From Mayamaea pseudoterrestris (taxonomy: Eukaryota): a DNA stretch of 64,000 nucleotides. The notes below the pieces were generated by a model that saw only the letters and a program-made list of their open reading frames with translations, was not told the origin of the DNA and made no database searches. The translations under genes and the position numbers were made by a program. The stretch spans positions 744,001 through 808,000 of the forward strand of contig BROI01000014.1 in the NCBI GenBank assembly GCA_027923505.1, given 5' to 3'. Shown here one piece after another: positions 62,407-64,000 of the stretch; position 1 is the stretch's first letter, and each line of letters begins with the position of its first letter.

Positions 62407-62767
62407 GAAACGTGCATTGTGATTTGCCGAGAAGGAGAGTTTGTCTTGTCACGTTGATTCTTGTTCGAGCCGATGCTTTGGTTGTTGTTGTCGTTGTTAA
62501 TTGTGTACATGTTGAAGCGTTTTTGAGTGGCTGCACGAGTGGTTGGACTAGTGTCGCATTTGTTACAATCGCGGTTGCTGTTCACTTGAACCTGAAAATA
62601 TGTTTTATTATTCGATGTGGCGGCATGGTCAATCAAGCGTTAATGTCTGACTTTACTTTTAATTATTTGCTAACGAAATTTTATTGTTGTGTGGATATTG
62701 TATTTTTCGTTAAGCGATATTTTACGAATTTATTCATGCATACTTAAGTCACTAACTTCAGACTTTT

Positions 62768-64000
62768 TCATCGCTTGCGCATCTTTGGCATTTTCTTGGA
62801 CTTTGCATCCTCTACATCGGATTCTTGGTAGTAATGTGGAGCAATGTCAGTCAACCAAGATGGCTGGATTGGGGAGACCTGACGCATAAACTCTTTAGTC
62901 GTAAAGGCGAGCTCAAAAAAGACGACCCACGCAGGAGGCTCCTCGTCTTTAGCGAGAACAGAGCTGGGATGAATGTAAACAGTCTTGCGCTGCTTCACAG
63001 TCTGATACTCTCCGCTTCTCCCCAGCTTTGCAACGTTGTAAAAGAAGCCAGACGTCATGGCTTTTAATATGGCATCAATGTCGTCTGGGGCAGACATAGT
63101 TTGATCCAGCTCTACGCGCTCACACAACCCTTCCAGCTGGTCTCGAATATCTCTTGCTTTCTTCATGCTTTTCACTTGTGCATAATTTTCGAAACACCAG
63201 TTGGTACTATAGTCTGCCGCAGCCCAGTCTCGATAACAACGATACAAAGACAAAAAGTCGCCGCCGCCACCACGAGCAAAATTTAACCGCGCCGTGTCCG
63301 CATGAACGGCCTTTTCTTTGGGTCTGAAGAAGACAGAAGCGCCAAGCGACAGCATCGCCACTGTCGATAATATCTCGCTGACACACTTATACTTCTCAGA
63401 TGCAATTATAGCCTTGCTCATTGTTGGGTCAACAGGAAATTCTGCCATGCGACGACCCAGCTTTGTCAATTCTCCGCGATCGTTCAAAGCACCGAGCGCG
63501 TACAGCTGCTCGAGAGCACGCATAAGTGCATCGGCAGGTGGCGCATCCATGAAATCAAATGACATGAGGTCATTAATGCCAAGCGTTTTCAAAAGAAGAA
63601 CAACATTCCCCATGTTCGTACGGAGAATTTCTGGGATGGTATTTGGCTCCAATTCATTCTGAAACGACCAGGCTGTAAACAACCTGAAACACTTGCCAGG
63701 CTGTGTGCGACCAGCGCGACCTGCGCGCTGATTGGCAGCAGCTTGTGAAATAGGCGTCACGACCAGCGACTCCATACCCGACCGAGCATTGTATGTCTTT
63801 TGCTTGCTAAAGCCCGAGTCAATCACGTAGCAAATCCCATCAATTGTTAAACTCGTCTCGGCAATGTTTGTCGCTAGTACAACTTTACGCGCTCCTTTAG
63901 GAGTCTTTTCAAAAATTTTGGCCTGCTGATCAGATGGCAAATTCGCATAAATAGGACAAATGATAAGTTCAGGAATCCGAGAACCAAGAGCGCGACTCCG
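62768..64000 (-). CDS. DHX16: DEAH-box splicing helicase, Prp2/DHX16-like (C-terminal part; continues beyond the window)
   Basis: [25 protein letters not shown]2 region [16 protein letters not shown]. Confidence 0.9.
   Translation of the reverse strand, partial: RSRALGSRIPELIICPIYANLPSDQQAKIFEKTPKGARKVVLATNIAETSLTIDGICYVIDSGFSKQKTYNARSGMESLVVTPISQAAANQRAGRAGRTQPGKCFRLFTAWSFQNELEPNTIPEILRTNMGNVVLLLKTLGINDLMSFDFMDAPPADALMRALEQLYALGALNDRGELTKLGRRMAEFPVDPTMSKAIIASEKYKCVSEILSTVAMLSLGASVFFRPKEKAVHADTARLNFARGGGGDFLSLYRCYRDWAAADYSTNWCFENYAQVKSMKKARDIRDQLEGLCERVELDQTMSAPDDIDAILKAMTSGFFYNVAKLGRSGEYQTVKQRKTVYIHPSSVLAKDEEPPAWVVFFELAFTTKEFMRQVSPIQPSWLTDIAPHYYQESDVEDAKSKKMPKMRKR

Overview
Eukaryotic genomic DNA, most likely from a diatom: compact genes with short GT-AG introns, bipartite plastid presequences and a diatom-type cyclin. 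The window has five parts. (1) 1-2571 is the 3' half of a tyrosine-recombinase (DIRS-order, Ngaro-like) retrotransposon: RNase H, an overlapping YR ORF and split direct repeats B1-A2-B2. (2) The element ends flush in a ~7.5 kb tandem array of a palindrome-rich 169-bp satellite (2572-~10085), followed by a CCAA-rich minisatellite and a decayed Pro/Ser-repeat region. (3) ~11.5-31.8 kb is a block of ordinary genes: 2OG-Fe oxygenase-ankyrin, Lon-N protein, RFC2, PIG-Q, cyclin, ADH3, glyoxalase II, CDK11-like kinase, a hypothetical protein and glutamate synthase large subunit. (4) A second, same-orientation array of the 169-bp satellite (~32374-42089) is interrupted by a ~1 kb segment with a P-loop fragment and a 14-bp repeat. 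(5) 42.3-64 kb is a dense housekeeping gene block. The most unusual elements are the YR retroelement sitting in the satellite and the satellite itself, which shows symmetry-preserving changes in its central palindrome, higher-order repeats and CpG decay. All calls come from reading the sequence; no searches or folding programs were run.
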